Positions 28,211-38,157 are shown, counted from the stretch's first letter. The stretch is 64,000 nt of DNA from an uncultured Chloroflexia bacterium (GCA_963797095.1 CAWCNY010000005.1:352001-416000); one strand, 5' to 3'. The notes: a model not told the origin generated them from the letters alone. Numbers and translations are program-made.

Positions 28211-29194
28211 ATGAGCGCGCTAGAAAGCTTCATTGCCGAGCAGCAGAGCGATTGGGCACGGCTGGAGGACCTTACGCGAAAGGCGGGAGGGGGCCGGTTG
28301 CGGTCGCTGAACGCCAGCGACCTGGAAGATATGACCCGCCTGTATCGTCTGGCGGCGTCGGACCTGGCACGCGCCCGGCGCGATTTCCCCAGCGACCGCG
28401 TGGTGGCATATCTTAACAGGCTTGTGTCTACGTCGTACGCAGGCGTGTACGGCACGGCAGGGTTCAGTTGGAAGGATATAGGTCACTGGTACATTTCTGG
28501 CTTTCCGCGCCTCTTCCGCGAGACGCTGGGGTATTACTTGCTGGCGGTGCTCTTTTTTATCGGGACGGCGGTTGTGTCGTATTTCGCGACGCTTTTCTAT
28601 CTTCCGGCGGCCAGCACCCTCCTCGATAGCAACACTTACCAGTCGGTGCTCTCGTATGCGCAGGAAGGCAAGCTGTGGACCGAGATACCGGGGGCCGAGC
28701 GGTCGTTCGCCTCGGCCACTATCATGACGAACAACATACAGGTGGCGATCATGGCGTTTGGGGCGGGGATGACCGTGGGGATAGGCACGGTCTACGTGCT
28801 GGTCACCAATGGGATCCACCTGGGGGCGATCTTCGGCATCGTCAGTCGCTATGGGTTGGGCGGAGATTTGTTGGCGTTTGTGTCGGGGCATGGAGTGATC
28901 GAGTTGAGCGTGATCTGCCTGGCAGGCGGGGCGGGTTTCATGTTGGCCGACGCCATCTTGCGGCCCGGATTGCTGGCGCGGGGCGAGGCGCTCAGGATGG
29001 CGGCACAGAGAGCGGTGCGATTGCTGTTGGGCGGGGCTTCGCTGCTGGTGATCGCGGGGACCATTGAGGGCTTCCTTTCGCCATCGGAATTGCCTAGCTG
29101 GGTGAAGTTCGGCACGGGTGTTGTGACGGCCATATCGCTGTATGGGTACTGGTTTTTGGGCGGGCGGAAAGCGAAGGAAAGTCCCGTTGTATAA
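28211..29194 (+). CDS. Stage II sporulation protein M (SpoIIM/DUF95) family membrane protein
   Basis: FIAEQQSDWARLE, LYRLAASDLARAR, IMTNNIQV, HGVIELSVI, AGTIEGFLSP. TG-n-TACAAT lies 7 nt before ATG 28211. Confidence 0.88.
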   Translation: MSALESFIAEQQSDWARLEDLTRKAGGGRLRSLNASDLEDMTRLYRLAASDLARARRDFPSDRVVAYLNRLVSTSYAGVYGTAGFSWKDIGHWYISGFPRLFRETLGYYLLAVLFFIGTAVVSYFATLFYLPAASTLLDSNTYQSVLSYAQEGKLWTEIPGAERSFASATIMTNNIQVAIMAFGAGMTVGIGTVYVLVTNGIHLGAIFGIVSRYGLGGDLLAFVSGHGVIELSVICLAGGAGFMLADAILRPGLLARGEALRMAAQRAVRLLLGGASLLVIAGTIEGFLSPSELPSWVKFGTGVVTAISLYGYWFLGGRKAKESPVV

Positions 29195-29201
29195 TGAAGA
29201 T

Positions 29202-29426
29202 ATGGATTATCACGATATTATCGACCATAGAACCTGGAAAGCGGAGCGGCAAGCCCTGCATCAGGGGCATGCGTATCACTGTGTACGGTGTATTGCAGTA
29301 TCTGGCTTCGGGAATGTCGGAGCAGGAGATCCTGAAAGATTTCCCTATCTGACCAGGGAAGATATTCGTGCTTGTCTTGCGTATGCTGCCGATAGAGAGC
29401 GCCAGATGCTGATCATACGTGGGTAG
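29202..29426 (+). pseudogene. DUF433 family antitoxin with two compensating frameshifts
   Basis: The conserved core TIEPGKRSGKPCIRGMRITV...LASGMSEQEILKDF lies in a shifted frame between in-frame MDYHDII and YLTREDIRACLAYAADRER. Confidence 0.8.
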
Positions 29427-29677
29427 GTGAAGCTACTTTTCGATCAAAACTGATCCCCTCAATTGGTTCGTAGATTGGCGGATATTTACTGCATAATTGT
29501 CATTCGCGACAGCAATTTCAACGATTTGAGCGTATTGCGAGGCTTCCCTCCCAAGGTTCTATGGCTACGAAGGGCAACTGCTCAACAAGAGTGATTGAAA
29601 AGATGTTGCGTACCCATCAAGACGCTCTCGAAACCTTTGATCGAGACGGGGAAGCAGCTATTCTGACGCTCTTCTAG
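29427..29677 (+). pseudogene. DUF5615 family PIN-like toxin, degraded
   Basis: MKLLFDQN*SPQLVRRLADIY...DSNFNDLSVLRGFPPKVLWLR / GNCSTRVIE: premature stop, apparent internal deletion and frameshift. Confidence 0.78.
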
Positions 29678-29956
29678 TCGCGGTCCATTTCATGTTCATG
29701 GCTGTTTGGAGCGGGCTTGGGTTCCCATAGCTCGAAGCGAACGCCTTCGGGGTCGGTGGCCCAGCCGAAGCGGCCATAGTCGAAATCCTCTACTTTGTCG
29801 TCTACAGTTGCCCCGGCGGCGCGAAGCTGGGCTAGCATGCCGTCGAGATCATCTACTATGTACCAAAGTTTCGTACAAACGTGAGATGTAATGAGGTGCT
29901 CGGCATCGGGTAGACTTGTTTAGCCAACATCTCTATCCTCAAAGGAGCACCTCTCA

Positions 29957-31450
29957 ATGAAGAATACCATACCTACCATACCTACCATACCTACCATACC
30001 TACCATACCTACCATACCCACCATACTTACTGTACCTACCATACCCAACCCTAACGTGGAACTGGAATATGCCCTTTCGGACTTCTCCGACTACACTCAC
30101 TCGGCTTTCTTGGTGTCCGCTCTGCATTGGGCCGAACAACAAGGTTTCTGGCAGCCATTCGCCAGGCTGTTGAGTGTGTCGATGAAAAGGGTGGTCTACA
30201 CACCCTTGCAAAAGGTACAGACGCTGGTGGCTTCCATCATGATAGGTTGCAAATACAACAAAGACGTCAACTTCAGGCTGGTGCCTGACGAAGTGGCTGC
30301 CTCCACGTTGGGCATGGCGCACTTTCCTGACCAGAGCCAACTCAACCTGCTGCTGCGGCGCATGGACCAAGCCAACCTGGGGGAGCTTGAGGCTGTGCAT
30401 GCTGAACACCTGCGTCTGTACGAACGTTTCTCCCCTTCCACTAAACAGGGAGGACAGGGAGGACAGGGAGGACAGGGAGGACAGGGAGGACAGGGAGGAC
30501 AGGGAGGACAGGGAGGCTACCTGCTGGTGGATATTGACCAGTGCGGCCTGGTTGCTAACGGCAAGAGTTACGAGTTGAGCCGTCGTGGGTACTTTCCTCA
30601 TCGGCGAGGAGAGCGTGGTTACCAGATGTCGGCAGCTTGGCTGGGAGGGAGCCAAGGAGAGAGCCAGGGCGGTGGCATCACGTTGGGGCTGCGGCTGGAC
30701 AGTGGCAACACCCACTGTGCCGTGCGCTTCCGGGAGATGGTGGAGTTGAGCGAGGAGCTTTGCCCCTCGTCTTGTGTCAGGCGCAGGGTGGTGTACCGTG
30801 TTGATGGTGGCTACGGTTCTCAGCCTCAAATCCGTTGGATGGTGGCAACCGACCGTTTGTTTGTGGCTAAAGCCACCACCACTCGTCCCCAGAAATGGGC
30901 CGACAAGGTTGCTCCTGAGGGATGGCAAAGGGTTGATGGGAGCGTACGAGTGGCTGAGGTAGAAGGGGGACCTCATGTGCGGGCTGTTGTGTGTGAGGTG
31001 ACCCCTTCCCTTTCTGAAAAACGTGTGGAATACTCGGTGTTGCTGACTGACCTGAGTGCCACTGAGTTCGATGCCGTGGGGCTGTGGCACTTGTACAGTG
31101 GTCGCCAGAGCATTGAAGCGTTCTTCAAGATGGGTAGAGGGGTGTACGGGCTGGGCAATCTGCGTAGTCGCAGCTTTAGGGCTATCTATGCTTTTCTGTG
31201 GCTGGTCTTTATCACGCACAATCTGCTTCAGTGGGTCAAGGGTGCCCTCTTTGGTGGCACGCCTTTGGCCGAGATAGGCACAAGGGAGTTGGTGGAGCGA
31301 GTAGCACGCATTCCAGCCTGGCGTGAGCGCACCCTGCGAGGCTGGCGGTTGCATCTGCCTGCTCAAGATGCTCTTGCCCGCTTGGTTGTTCAGGGGTTGT
31401 CTTCTCCCTGGATTCAACTTCAACTCCCTCTACGTTTGTACGAAATCTAG
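29957..31450 (+). CDS. DDE transposase (IS1380-like)
   Basis: FPDQSQL, LLVDID, GYQ, YRVDGGYG and YSGRQSIEAFFK motifs; AAGGAG Shine-Dalgarno upstream. Confidence 0.88.
   Translation: MKNTIPTIPTIPTIPTIPTIPTILTVPTIPNPNVELEYALSDFSDYTHSAFLVSALHWAEQQGFWQPFARLLSVSMKRVVYTPLQKVQTLVASIMIGCKYNKDVNFRLVPDEVAASTLGMAHFPDQSQLNLLLRRMDQANLGELEAVHAEHLRLYERFSPSTKQGGQGGQGGQGGQGGQGGQGGQGGYLLVDIDQCGLVANGKSYELSRRGYFPHRRGERGYQMSAAWLGGSQGESQGGGITLGLRLDSGNTHCAVRFREMVELSEELCPSSCVRRRVVYRVDGGYGSQPQIRWMVATDRLFVAKATTTRPQKWADKVAPEGWQRVDGSVRVAEVEGGPHVRAVVCEVTPSLSEKRVEYSVLLTDLSATEFDAVGLWHLYSGRQSIEAFFKMGRGVYGLGNLRSRSFRAIYAFLWLVFITHNLLQWVKGALFGGTPLAEIGTRELVERVARIPAWRERTLRGWRLHLPAQDALARLVVQGLSSPWIQLQLPLRLYEI
29965..30018. repeat. 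9-bp tandem repeat (TACCATACC) x6 in the transposase (PTI units)
   Basis: Counted directly; degenerate units continue to about 30045. Confidence 0.92.
30445..30516. repeat. 9-bp tandem repeat (ACAGGGAGG) x8 in the transposase (QGG units)
   Basis: Counted directly. Confidence 0.93.
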
Positions 31451-31818
31451 GTATGTAGTTGATCATGTAGGGGGCGGTGGTAGGCTCGAAGTAGGTGGTG
31501 TCGCTGAAGGGCGCCCACACTGTGGAGTGTTCTTCTTCGGGGCGCTCGCTGGCGCGCCAGCCGAAGTTCGCGTAACCGTCAGAACCTTCGGGGATGGCGA
31601 GGTTGTCTCTATACCAGGCCTGGAGTTGTTGGGGGTCGCGGCTCTTGAAGAAGATGCCGCCGATACTGAGGACACGTGCCATTTTTGGTGCTCCTTTTTG
31701 TTGGGTCTGGCTCTAATCATAGCACACTTGTTCTGCTATTGCTGCGGCCAATTGGGTAGTTTTTCGTTGAGATTGGCACCAATTTATGTGCCAGCTGCAT
31801 AGGGTTACGCCCGCTAGG

Positions 31819-31858
31819 ACCCCACCCCAACCCCTCCCCATTGTTATGAGGAGGGGCT
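31819..31858. repeat. Extragenic palindrome, CCCCACCCCAACCCCTCCCC...GGAGGGG type
   Basis: C-rich leader plus hairpin CCCCTCC/GGAGGGG downstream of the DUF58 gene. Only one copy in the window. Confidence 0.5.
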
Positions 31859-31922
31859 TCCAGAACTCCAGGCATCTCAGATTCTACTCAATCAGACAGC
31901 GAGACTTTGGAACTTCCTGCGA

Positions 31923-33254
31923 TCACAGGCGGCCTCGCGCCTTTACCTCCAGGTATTTGTTTACTACGGCCAGCGTCAGTTTGTCGGCTGGAACGTCTAC
32001 TGTGAGGGCTCCTCGGCGGGTCAGGGCATCCAGGGCTGCTGAGCGGTCGTCCAGGAGGGTGCGGGCTACTATGCTCTGGTACATCTCCTGGGGGTCGGTG
32101 GGGGTTTTGGCTGCCATCGAGAGCACTTCATTGTCGGCCATAGTGACGGCCATCGGGAGGTGGCGAGGGGCGAGGCGACCGAAGCCGCGCACCATAGAGC
32201 CTGCCTGTTGTTTATCGATTATGTCGCTAAAGAGGACCACGAGGCTGCGCTTGCTGCGGCGGGTGGAGAGGAACGCGCCCGCCTTCAGGTAATCGGATTC
32301 GACCTGCTGGGGCTGCACTTTGTAGAGGGCTTCGAGGAGGGTCAGGAACTGGCGGCGGCCCTTGTCTGGTTCATAGTAGGCGGTGACGGTGTCGGCAAAG
32401 GTGAGGAGGCCGACGCGGTCGCCGCGCACGATGGCGACGTAGGCGAGAAGGAGGGTGGTGTTGATGGCGTAGTCGAGCTTGGAGAGGGGGCCGAGGGGGG
32501 CGGTCATGAGGCGGCCCGCGTCGAGCATGACGATCACGCTCTGGGAGCGTTCGGGCTGGTAGTCGGTGGTGATCGGCTTGTGGAGGCGGGCTGTGGCGGG
32601 CCAGTTGATGCGGCGATAGTCGTCGTCCTTCTCATAGTCGCGCAGGCGCTCGAACTCGGTGCCCTGGCCGAGCCGGCGCACGTTCTTGAGGCCGATCTCG
32701 AATAGCTGGTCGCGGCGGGCCAAAAGCTCGTATTTGCGGACTTCGAGGAGGTTGGGGTAGACCTTCACTGGGGTATCAAGGGGGAAGCGGTGATTGCGCA
32801 GGACGAGGCCGAGCACGCCGCGCCATCGGAGGTTGGTGCCGCCGAACTTGTAGTCGCCACGGCGGAGGGGCTTGACCGAGTAGGAGACGGTGACGGTGTC
32901 GGCGGGGCCGGCGGTGCCCGACTGGAATAGCTCGCTTATGAGGTAGTCCTGGGGAGGCTCGTCGCGCAGGAGGAAATCGACGGGGCGGCCCTGGAGGCCG
33001 GGGGTGTTGGGGGCACCGAGGCGGCGGACCACGACCTTGATGGGGTTATCGGCACCGAGGGATAGCTTCGATTCGTTGTCTCGGGCGAGGCGGAAGTCAG
33101 TGGGCCTGGGGGATAGCCAGAGGTCGAGGGCGATCAGCCCGACTACTCCAAGCGCGTAGAGGCCCGCGAGCAGGAAGGCAGCGGGGGTGACGGTCGCCAG
33201 CGCGAGGAGCGGGGCGGCCACCAGGAGGAGGATGAGGGCGCGGCGAGTAATCAT
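31923..33254 (-). CDS. DUF58 domain protein (vWA-like, MoxR-associated)
   Basis: RRGDY, VKVYPN, GTEFERLRDY...DDYRRINWPATAR, MLDAGRLM, GDRVGL. Confidence 0.92.
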   Translation of the reverse strand: MITRRALILLLVAAPLLALATVTPAAFLLAGLYALGVVGLIALDLWLSPRPTDFRLARDNESKLSLGADNPIKVVVRRLGAPNTPGLQGRPVDFLLRDEPPQDYLISELFQSGTAGPADTVTVSYSVKPLRRGDYKFGGTNLRWRGVLGLVLRNHRFPLDTPVKVYPNLLEVRKYELLARRDQLFEIGLKNVRRLGQGTEFERLRDYEKDDDYRRINWPATARLHKPITTDYQPERSQSVIVMLDAGRLMTAPLGPLSKLDYAINTTLLLAYVAIVRGDRVGLLTFADTVTAYYEPDKGRRQFLTLLEALYKVQPQQVESDYLKAGAFLSTRRSKRSLVVLFSDIIDKQQAGSMVRGFGRLAPRHLPMAVTMADNEVLSMAAKTPTDPQEMYQSIVARTLLDDRSAALDALTRRGALTVDVPADKLTLAVVNKYLEVKARGRL

Positions 33255-34312
33255 TTCGATTTTGGATTTTGGATCTTGGATTTTGGATTGGATGTGGGGG
33301 TGAAGTGGGCCATAAGATCTAGCGCGGGCGGGTCTAGATCATGCCAGCCTGCTTCTGAGGCAATGACTATATCGTCGGCATTGCCAAGTACGTGGCGGTG
33401 GCCCGTGCCCACGTAGATAGCGCCCGCATCGAACGTGAAGCGGCAGAAGAATGGGATACCTATCCAGCCTAGCAGATCGACGTAGCGGAGGGGGGTGCCG
33501 AGGAACGGGCCCCATATCGAGTCGCGCGAAGCCTCTATGTATATGTACTCCTGCTTGCCGTAGCCGGGGCGCAGCGTAAGTTCAACTCGCAAGGTGTAAG
33601 CGCTGGCAGAGCCCGGATCTTTCACATAATCGAGATACCGAGGTGGCACATCCTGGAAGGAGAGGCTTACTTCCCCGCCGATATAAAGCAGAGAGCGGTT
33701 GCCGCTGTTAGGGTGCAGACGAGATGCCACGCCACTGTAACTAACGTGCTCCAGCACTTTGCCTGGAAGATCACGCACGGCATCGACAATCTCACCAAGT
33801 CTGAGCCGCGATACGTCGTCCGATGTCAGATCCTTCTCGAACCAGACGTTCACATCCGGCCCCCTCGGGTGAGGCTCCTCTTTCACGACCCGGTAGCCAA
33901 GGCGCTTATAGAAAGAGAGATTGCTGGGCATTGAAGCGCGAGTGCCGAGGTAGAGGCGGCTGTAGCCGAGCATGGGCGCAAGATCCTCAATGTTGAGCAT
34001 GAGGAGTGTGCCGATACTCCTCTTGCGATAGTCGGGGTTGACCGCCACGCGCCCGATATAGAGGTAACCGTCGCGAGGCTCATAGCGCGCAGTAGCCACA
34101 AGCACGCCAGGCTCGAACGCTAGATAGTCGGGCATGTCATACACCAGTACGGTAGTGCCAAGCGCGGCGGCAGCACGAAAGTCCTCGACAGTGTCGCCAA
34201 GCGCACCCGGCGGCACAGGAATCGTACCCCGATATTCGGCAAAGGCCGCCTGAACCAGATCGTAGATGGCAGGCGCGTCGTCTTCGGTTGCATAGCGGAA
34301 TTCTAAAGCCAT
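33251..34312 (-). CDS. GNAT family N-acetyltransferase with an unknown C-terminal domain
   Basis: YIGRVAVNPDYRKRSIG and NLSFYKRLGY. The tail SNPKSKIQNPKSK is encoded by a heptamer repeat. Confidence 0.8.
   Translation of the reverse strand: MALEFRYATEDDAPAIYDLVQAAFAEYRGTIPVPPGALGDTVEDFRAAAALGTTVLVYDMPDYLAFEPGVLVATARYEPRDGYLYIGRVAVNPDYRKRSIGTLLMLNIEDLAPMLGYSRLYLGTRASMPSNLSFYKRLGYRVVKEEPHPRGPDVNVWFEKDLTSDDVSRLRLGEIVDAVRDLPGKVLEHVSYSGVASRLHPNSGNRSLLYIGGEVSLSFQDVPPRYLDYVKDPGSASAYTLRVELTLRPGYGKQEYIYIEASRDSIWGPFLGTPLRYVDLLGWIGIPFFCRFTFDAGAIYVGTGHRHVLGNADDIVIASEAGWHDLDPPALDLMAHFTPTSNPKSKIQNPKSK
33255..33290. repeat. Heptamer array (TTTTGGA-type)
   Basis: tttcgat tttggat tttggat cttggat tttggat. 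Confidence 0.8.
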
Positions 34313-34382
34313 ATTGGTGGTCAGTAGCCGGTAGCTGGTAGCCGGAGGATGATAATTGCTGGTTCTTGGTTCCGACTACCGA

Positions 34383-35330
34383 CTACCTGGGAACCTCAAC
34401 GCGGGCGAGGATGCGTTCCAGCGCCCGATCAGCGTTGAGGCCTTCGATTTCGGCTTCGGGCTTCAGGATGATGCGGTGGCGCATCACGGGTGGGACGAGG
34501 ATCTTGATGTCGTCTGGGACCACGTAGTTGCGGCCCTGGAGGGCGGCGAGGGTCTTGGAGGTCTGCAGGAGGGCGATAGCGGCGCGGGGGGAGCCGCCGA
34601 GGGATAGGTCGGGCGAGCGGCGGCTCTCCTCGACGATGCGCTCGATGTAGTCGAGGATGGCATCGGCTACCTGTACGGCTGCGATCTCTTTGCGGGCTTC
34701 GGTGACGGTGGCTTCGTCGGCGATGGATTGGATGCCGGAGTCGGTGAGGTGGCGGGGGCTGAAGCCGGATTGGTAGTTGCGGAGCACCTGCAAACCTTCG
34801 TCGTGCGTTGGGTAGTCTACGAGCACTTTGAAGAGGAAGCGGTCTAACTGCGCTTCTGGTAGGGGATATGTGCCCTCGTATTCGACCGGGTTCTCGGTGG
34901 CGACCACCATGAAGAGGTTGGGAAGCGGGTAGCTGACACCATCGATGGTGACCTGGCGCTCCTCCATCAATTCGAGGAGGGCGGATTGGGTCTTGGCGGG
35001 GGCGCGGTTGATCTCGTCGCCCAGGAGGATGTTGGTGAAAACGGGGCCACGGCGCAGGGAGAAGGAGGTGGTCTGGAGGTCGAAGACGTTGGTGCCGATC
35101 ACGTCGGAGGGCATGAGGTCGGGGGTGAACTGGATGCGCTTGAAGTCGGCCCTGAGGGTGGTGGCGAGGGTGCGGGCCATGAGGGTTTTGGCGACGCCCG
35201 GCACACCCTCGATAAGGACATGGCCGTCGGTGAGGAGGGCCACGAGCAGGAGATCGAAGGGCCAGCGTTGGCCGACGATGACTTTGCGGCGCTCGGTGTC
35301 GAGTGATTTGTAGAGGTCTATTAGTGGCAT
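34383..35330 (-). CDS. MoxR family AAA+ ATPase
   Basis: [61 protein letters not shown]. Confidence 0.95.
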   Translation of the reverse strand: MPLIDLYKSLDTERRKVIVGQRWPFDLLLVALLTDGHVLIEGVPGVAKTLMARTLATTLRADFKRIQFTPDLMPSDVIGTNVFDLQTTSFSLRRGPVFTNILLGDEINRAPAKTQSALLELMEERQVTIDGVSYPLPNLFMVVATENPVEYEGTYPLPEAQLDRFLFKVLVDYPTHDEGLQVLRNYQSGFSPRHLTDSGIQSIADEATVTEARKEIAAVQVADAILDYIERIVEESRRSPDLSLGGSPRAAIALLQTSKTLAALQGRNYVVPDDIKILVPPVMRHRIILKPEAEIEGLNADRALERILARVEVPR

Positions 35331-35345
35331 GGTGCTCCTTTTGAG

Positions 35346-36457
35346 TTACAGCTGTTCGACACTTATCGTACCCAACTCAAGCAAATCATGCGGAGTTCTA
35401 GTAATTCCTAGGTTGTGTTCAATGAGCAATTCGACAAGTTGCTCGCCGTTCATGAGTGCAACTGGCACCGCATTGGGGCGCTCTGCTTCGTCACGCGCGC
35501 CCGAAGCGAAATCACTCGTTGTAATGATCAAAGCCTGGTCATGGGTTCCTAAACTTCCTCGCACTTCCCTTATGGTTGGTGATTGAACATTTCTTCTCCA
35601 TCGCTTTACTTGAACGGCCATACGTGTCCTTATGACACCAGCAACCACCAAGACCGCTCGCACATCTATGCCGCCATCCCTGTTTGTATGCCGCTATCCC
35701 TGTTTGGAGAAGTGACTATAACATCTTCAAATCCAAGCTTGATCAGAAGAAGACCTATTAGCTTCTCAAAGTCACTTGAAGGCATAACGTGAAGTAGCTC
35801 GCGTAGCTGACTCCGAGCTTTTCTATTGTGTTGTTCAATTTGATGATCTAAACTGGCGTCGACCCACTTGTTCAGACCGATGAACCCATTTCCATGTTTA
35901 CTGAAACGGCCTGTTCGTCCACGCTTGCGTTGGCGCTCTATATCAGTAAGTAGTTGAGCATACATAGTCTGTTCAGGAGTCTGGCCACGCGTGGAAACAA
36001 GCCCTAATTCGAGTGCCCTGCGCGTGATCTCTCGATAGTGCATCGGTTTATTGTTGCCAAATTGCTCAAGGACGCGTTCAGCCGCATCACTGAAAGAAAG
36101 CGATTCGGAGTCTTCGCTTACGCTGATTTCACTAGGCTCCTCAACCGCTTCGTTTCTAAGTTGAACCCCTGGTTCGATTTCATTAGCCGCTTTAGCTTTC
36201 TTCTTGAACGCTTTGCCAACATATTCAGCAAGGCCCCATTTTCGCAAAGCAAATAATCGTGGGGCACATCGCTGAAAACGCGAAGCCGTTCCTTTATCTC
36301 TAATGTCAACAGCTAACCGCGCTTCGACCGTATCCAAGGGAGTTTTGCCTTGAGTTTGCCAAAGGCTCTGAGTCAATATTCGTTTCGTAATATCACTGGC
36401 AGTCATTGGGCTGCCAGTCTTGCTTAAAACATACTCAGCAGCGTCTAAAGCATTCAT
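35346..36457 (-). pseudogene. Mrr-like restriction endonuclease with two HARE-HTH-like domains, frameshifted by a 20-bp duplication
   Basis: Two xDAAExVL...G[KQ]TP domains; FEKLIGLLLIKLGF...DGGIDV...AVQVKRW...ALIITTSDF...LMNGEQL; tandem duplication at 35667-35706; AGGAG SD before ATG 36457. Confidence 0.85.
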
Positions 36458-36482
36458 GGTGACTCCTATTTGAGTCTGGTTG

Positions 36483-36719
36483 TCAATCACCTTCCTCGTC
36501 GCGCAATTCATCCCGGTGCCAGGCGTGATCGTGGCGGCCTTCGCCGAGGTTGCCCGTTTCCTGGGCGCGGCGCAGGTGCTTGTAAGACTGGACGGGCACC
36601 AGCACAGCCACAGGCTCGCCGCCTTGCTCAATGATTATACTATTGGCGTCCTGGGCCACGTCCAATAGCACGCGATCCCAATCGCTCACAACTGTTGATG
36701 CGTCCATGCGCTTTTCCAT
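36483..36719 (-). CDS. Phd/YefM-like antitoxin with no adjacent toxin
   Basis: VLLDV...IIIEQGGEPVAVLVPVQSY pattern; GGAGG SD. Confidence 0.6.
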   Translation of the reverse strand: MEKRMDASTVVSDWDRVLLDVAQDANSIIIEQGGEPVAVLVPVQSYKHLRRAQETGNLGEGRHDHAWHRDELRDEEGD

Positions 36720-36766
36720 TGTTACCTCCCAAGATCAACTTGACTTGCTGAGGTGAAAGAGGAACC

Positions 36767-36814
36767 TGGGGGACACCCCCAACTCCCCCGGCAGGGGACT
36801 GCCCCCTGCACCCC
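36767..36814. repeat. Extragenic double-hairpin element (GGGGGACACCCCC...GCAGGGG-N5-CCCCTGC)
   Basis: Two GC hairpins abutting the DUF4350 stop, at the edge of the Phd/Mrr insert. Confidence 0.55.
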
Positions 36815-38086
36815 TCAATCCGAACGCATGCCGAGCGCCTCCCGGCGCACGCTCTCGGCATCTCGGATGGCGGAGACGGTTTCGGCCTCTACCGTTTCGG
36901 AGGCGGAGCCACCGCCTTCCAGGTGGCGCAGGCGCTCGATGGCGTGGGCCATTTTGGACTGGTCGAAGGTGTGGCGACCGCGCTCGGCCAGCGATTGCAC
37001 AAAACGCTGGTCGGTGAGGTAGGGGTCTAGCTCGGCATGCTTCGAGAGCGTACGCTTGAAGTATTGTAGGTAGTGTTCGGCAGCCCACCCTGGCTTGCGG
37101 GCGCGTCGGAACAGGGAGGCTACCGAGCGCACGTAGTCGGAGGTGGGGCGTCTCTGGTCTGGTGTCCACACAGGGAGAGCAGGGCCGAGCCTGCGACCGC
37201 TCCAGAGGAAGTAGATGCCCACGAGAGCCGCGCCGTAGAGGAGCGCCCAGCCCCACGCGTTGCCCGTCAGTAGCGCGATCAGATCGCCGCCAACGCTCGC
37301 GCCGTGGTGAGCCTCGTCGAACACCACGCGGCGGTTCCCGGCTGCTTGCACGAGATTGTACACGAACGCGCCGTTGCTCGCGTCGCGTATCCCCTCGTTG
37401 CTCATCGGGTAGTCGCTGGAGAGGACGAACACGCGCCCATCGCCCACCCGTATGAGGGCGGCAAGGGGCAGGCGATTGCCGTCGGAGTCGAGCGAAGAGG
37501 CAAGCACCACAGTGTCGGTTATCGGCAAGGCCAGCGTCCACACGCCGGGCAGTTTGACCGCGGCCACAGGAGGGTCGTTCAAGAGGGGTTGGGAGAGAGG
37601 GACGGTGTCGGTGAAATTGGTGTGGAAATCGAGGTCGATGCCCAACTCGCGGAGCATGGGGTGGGCACCACCCAGGCCCGAACTGAGGTCACCGTTGCGG
37701 CTCCCCATAGCGAGGATCAGGGTATGGCCTGCCTCCAGCCAATTACGCACGCTCCCAGCCTGGCCTTCGGGAAAATCGGCGTTGGGGTTGACCATCACAA
37801 GGGTACCGTTGGAGGGCGGGAAGCTCTGGCCGGACGAGACGCGGCCCACATCGAACCCTGCCCGGTCGAGCCATTCGTAGAGGGCGCTTGTGCCGCGCTT
37901 TCCCTGGCTCAGGGTCGAGCCTACGCTCTCCGGCGTGTCACTTACCCCCTCGAAGCCGACCAACCACAACAAGCCGATCAGGAGCACAATCGCCGAGATG
38001 CCGAGCACCAGCAACTCGCCCGTCCGCGACTGCTGTGTGCGAGCTGTGGGATAGAGGGGGTTTGATTGGGGTCGGGGTTGGTCCAT
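36815..38086 (-). CDS. DUF4350 domain membrane protein
   Basis: GTSALYEWL, WLEAGHTLILA, GDGRVFVLS, VVFDEAHHG, RRLGP, YVRSVASLFRRA; cluster context. Confidence 0.82.
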   Translation of the reverse strand: MDQPRPQSNPLYPTARTQQSRTGELLVLGISAIVLLIGLLWLVGFEGVSDTPESVGSTLSQGKRGTSALYEWLDRAGFDVGRVSSGQSFPPSNGTLVMVNPNADFPEGQAGSVRNWLEAGHTLILAMGSRNGDLSSGLGGAHPMLRELGIDLDFHTNFTDTVPLSQPLLNDPPVAAVKLPGVWTLALPITDTVVLASSLDSDGNRLPLAALIRVGDGRVFVLSSDYPMSNEGIRDASNGAFVYNLVQAAGNRRVVFDEAHHGASVGGDLIALLTGNAWGWALLYGAALVGIYFLWSGRRLGPALPVWTPDQRRPTSDYVRSVASLFRRARKPGWAAEHYLQYFKRTLSKHAELDPYLTDQRFVQSLAERGRHTFDQSKMAHAIERLRHLEGGGSASETVEAETVSAIRDAESVRREALGMRSD

Positions 38087-38146
38087 TACTGTCTACTTCG
38101 TATTGCGTATTGCCTATTGCCTATTGCCTATTGCCTATTGCCTATT
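38087..38146. repeat. Heptamer array (TATTGCC/TATTGCG-type)
   Basis: About eight imperfect units between the DUF4129 stop and the DUF4350 start. Confidence 0.85.
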
Positions 38147-38157
38147 TCTGTTGGTGA

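Larger units (their letters stand above)
29863..31451 (+). mobile_element. IS1380-family insertion sequence, 1589 bp
   Basis: Terminal IRs CCAAAGTTTCGTACAAACGT and CCTAGATTTCGTACAAACGT (17/20); 6-bp target duplication TATGTA at 29857-29862 and 31452-31457; transposase stop inside the right IR. Family assigned from the CC-starting ends resembling ISEcp1 and from the transposase motifs. Confidence 0.88.
29674..31682 (-). pseudogene. VOC/glyoxalase family gene interrupted by an IS (5' part 31452-31682, 3' part 29674-29862)
   Basis: Removing the IS and one TSD copy restores MARVLSIGGIFFKSRDP...YMINYI-VDDLDGMLAQLRAAG...YGRFGWATDPEGVRFELWEP. Confidence 0.92.

Noticed and set aside
28211-29194. Evidence of sporulation from the SpoIIM label
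   Set aside because: This family is widespread in non-sporulating bacteria as part of the MoxR/DUF58 cluster.
29451-29453. In-frame TGA in the DUF5615 gene as selenocysteine
   Set aside because: It falls where the family has Leu (D-x-N-L-S), and the gene has other lesions.
29954-31423. 489-aa antisense ORF across the transposase
   Set aside because: It is codon-aligned with the transposase, so it only requires absence of TTA/CTA/TCA codons. No recognisable motifs or SD.
35666-36631. ORF-track start at 36631 for the Mrr-like gene
   Set aside because: The extension overlaps the Phd-like gene; the SD-supported start is 36457.
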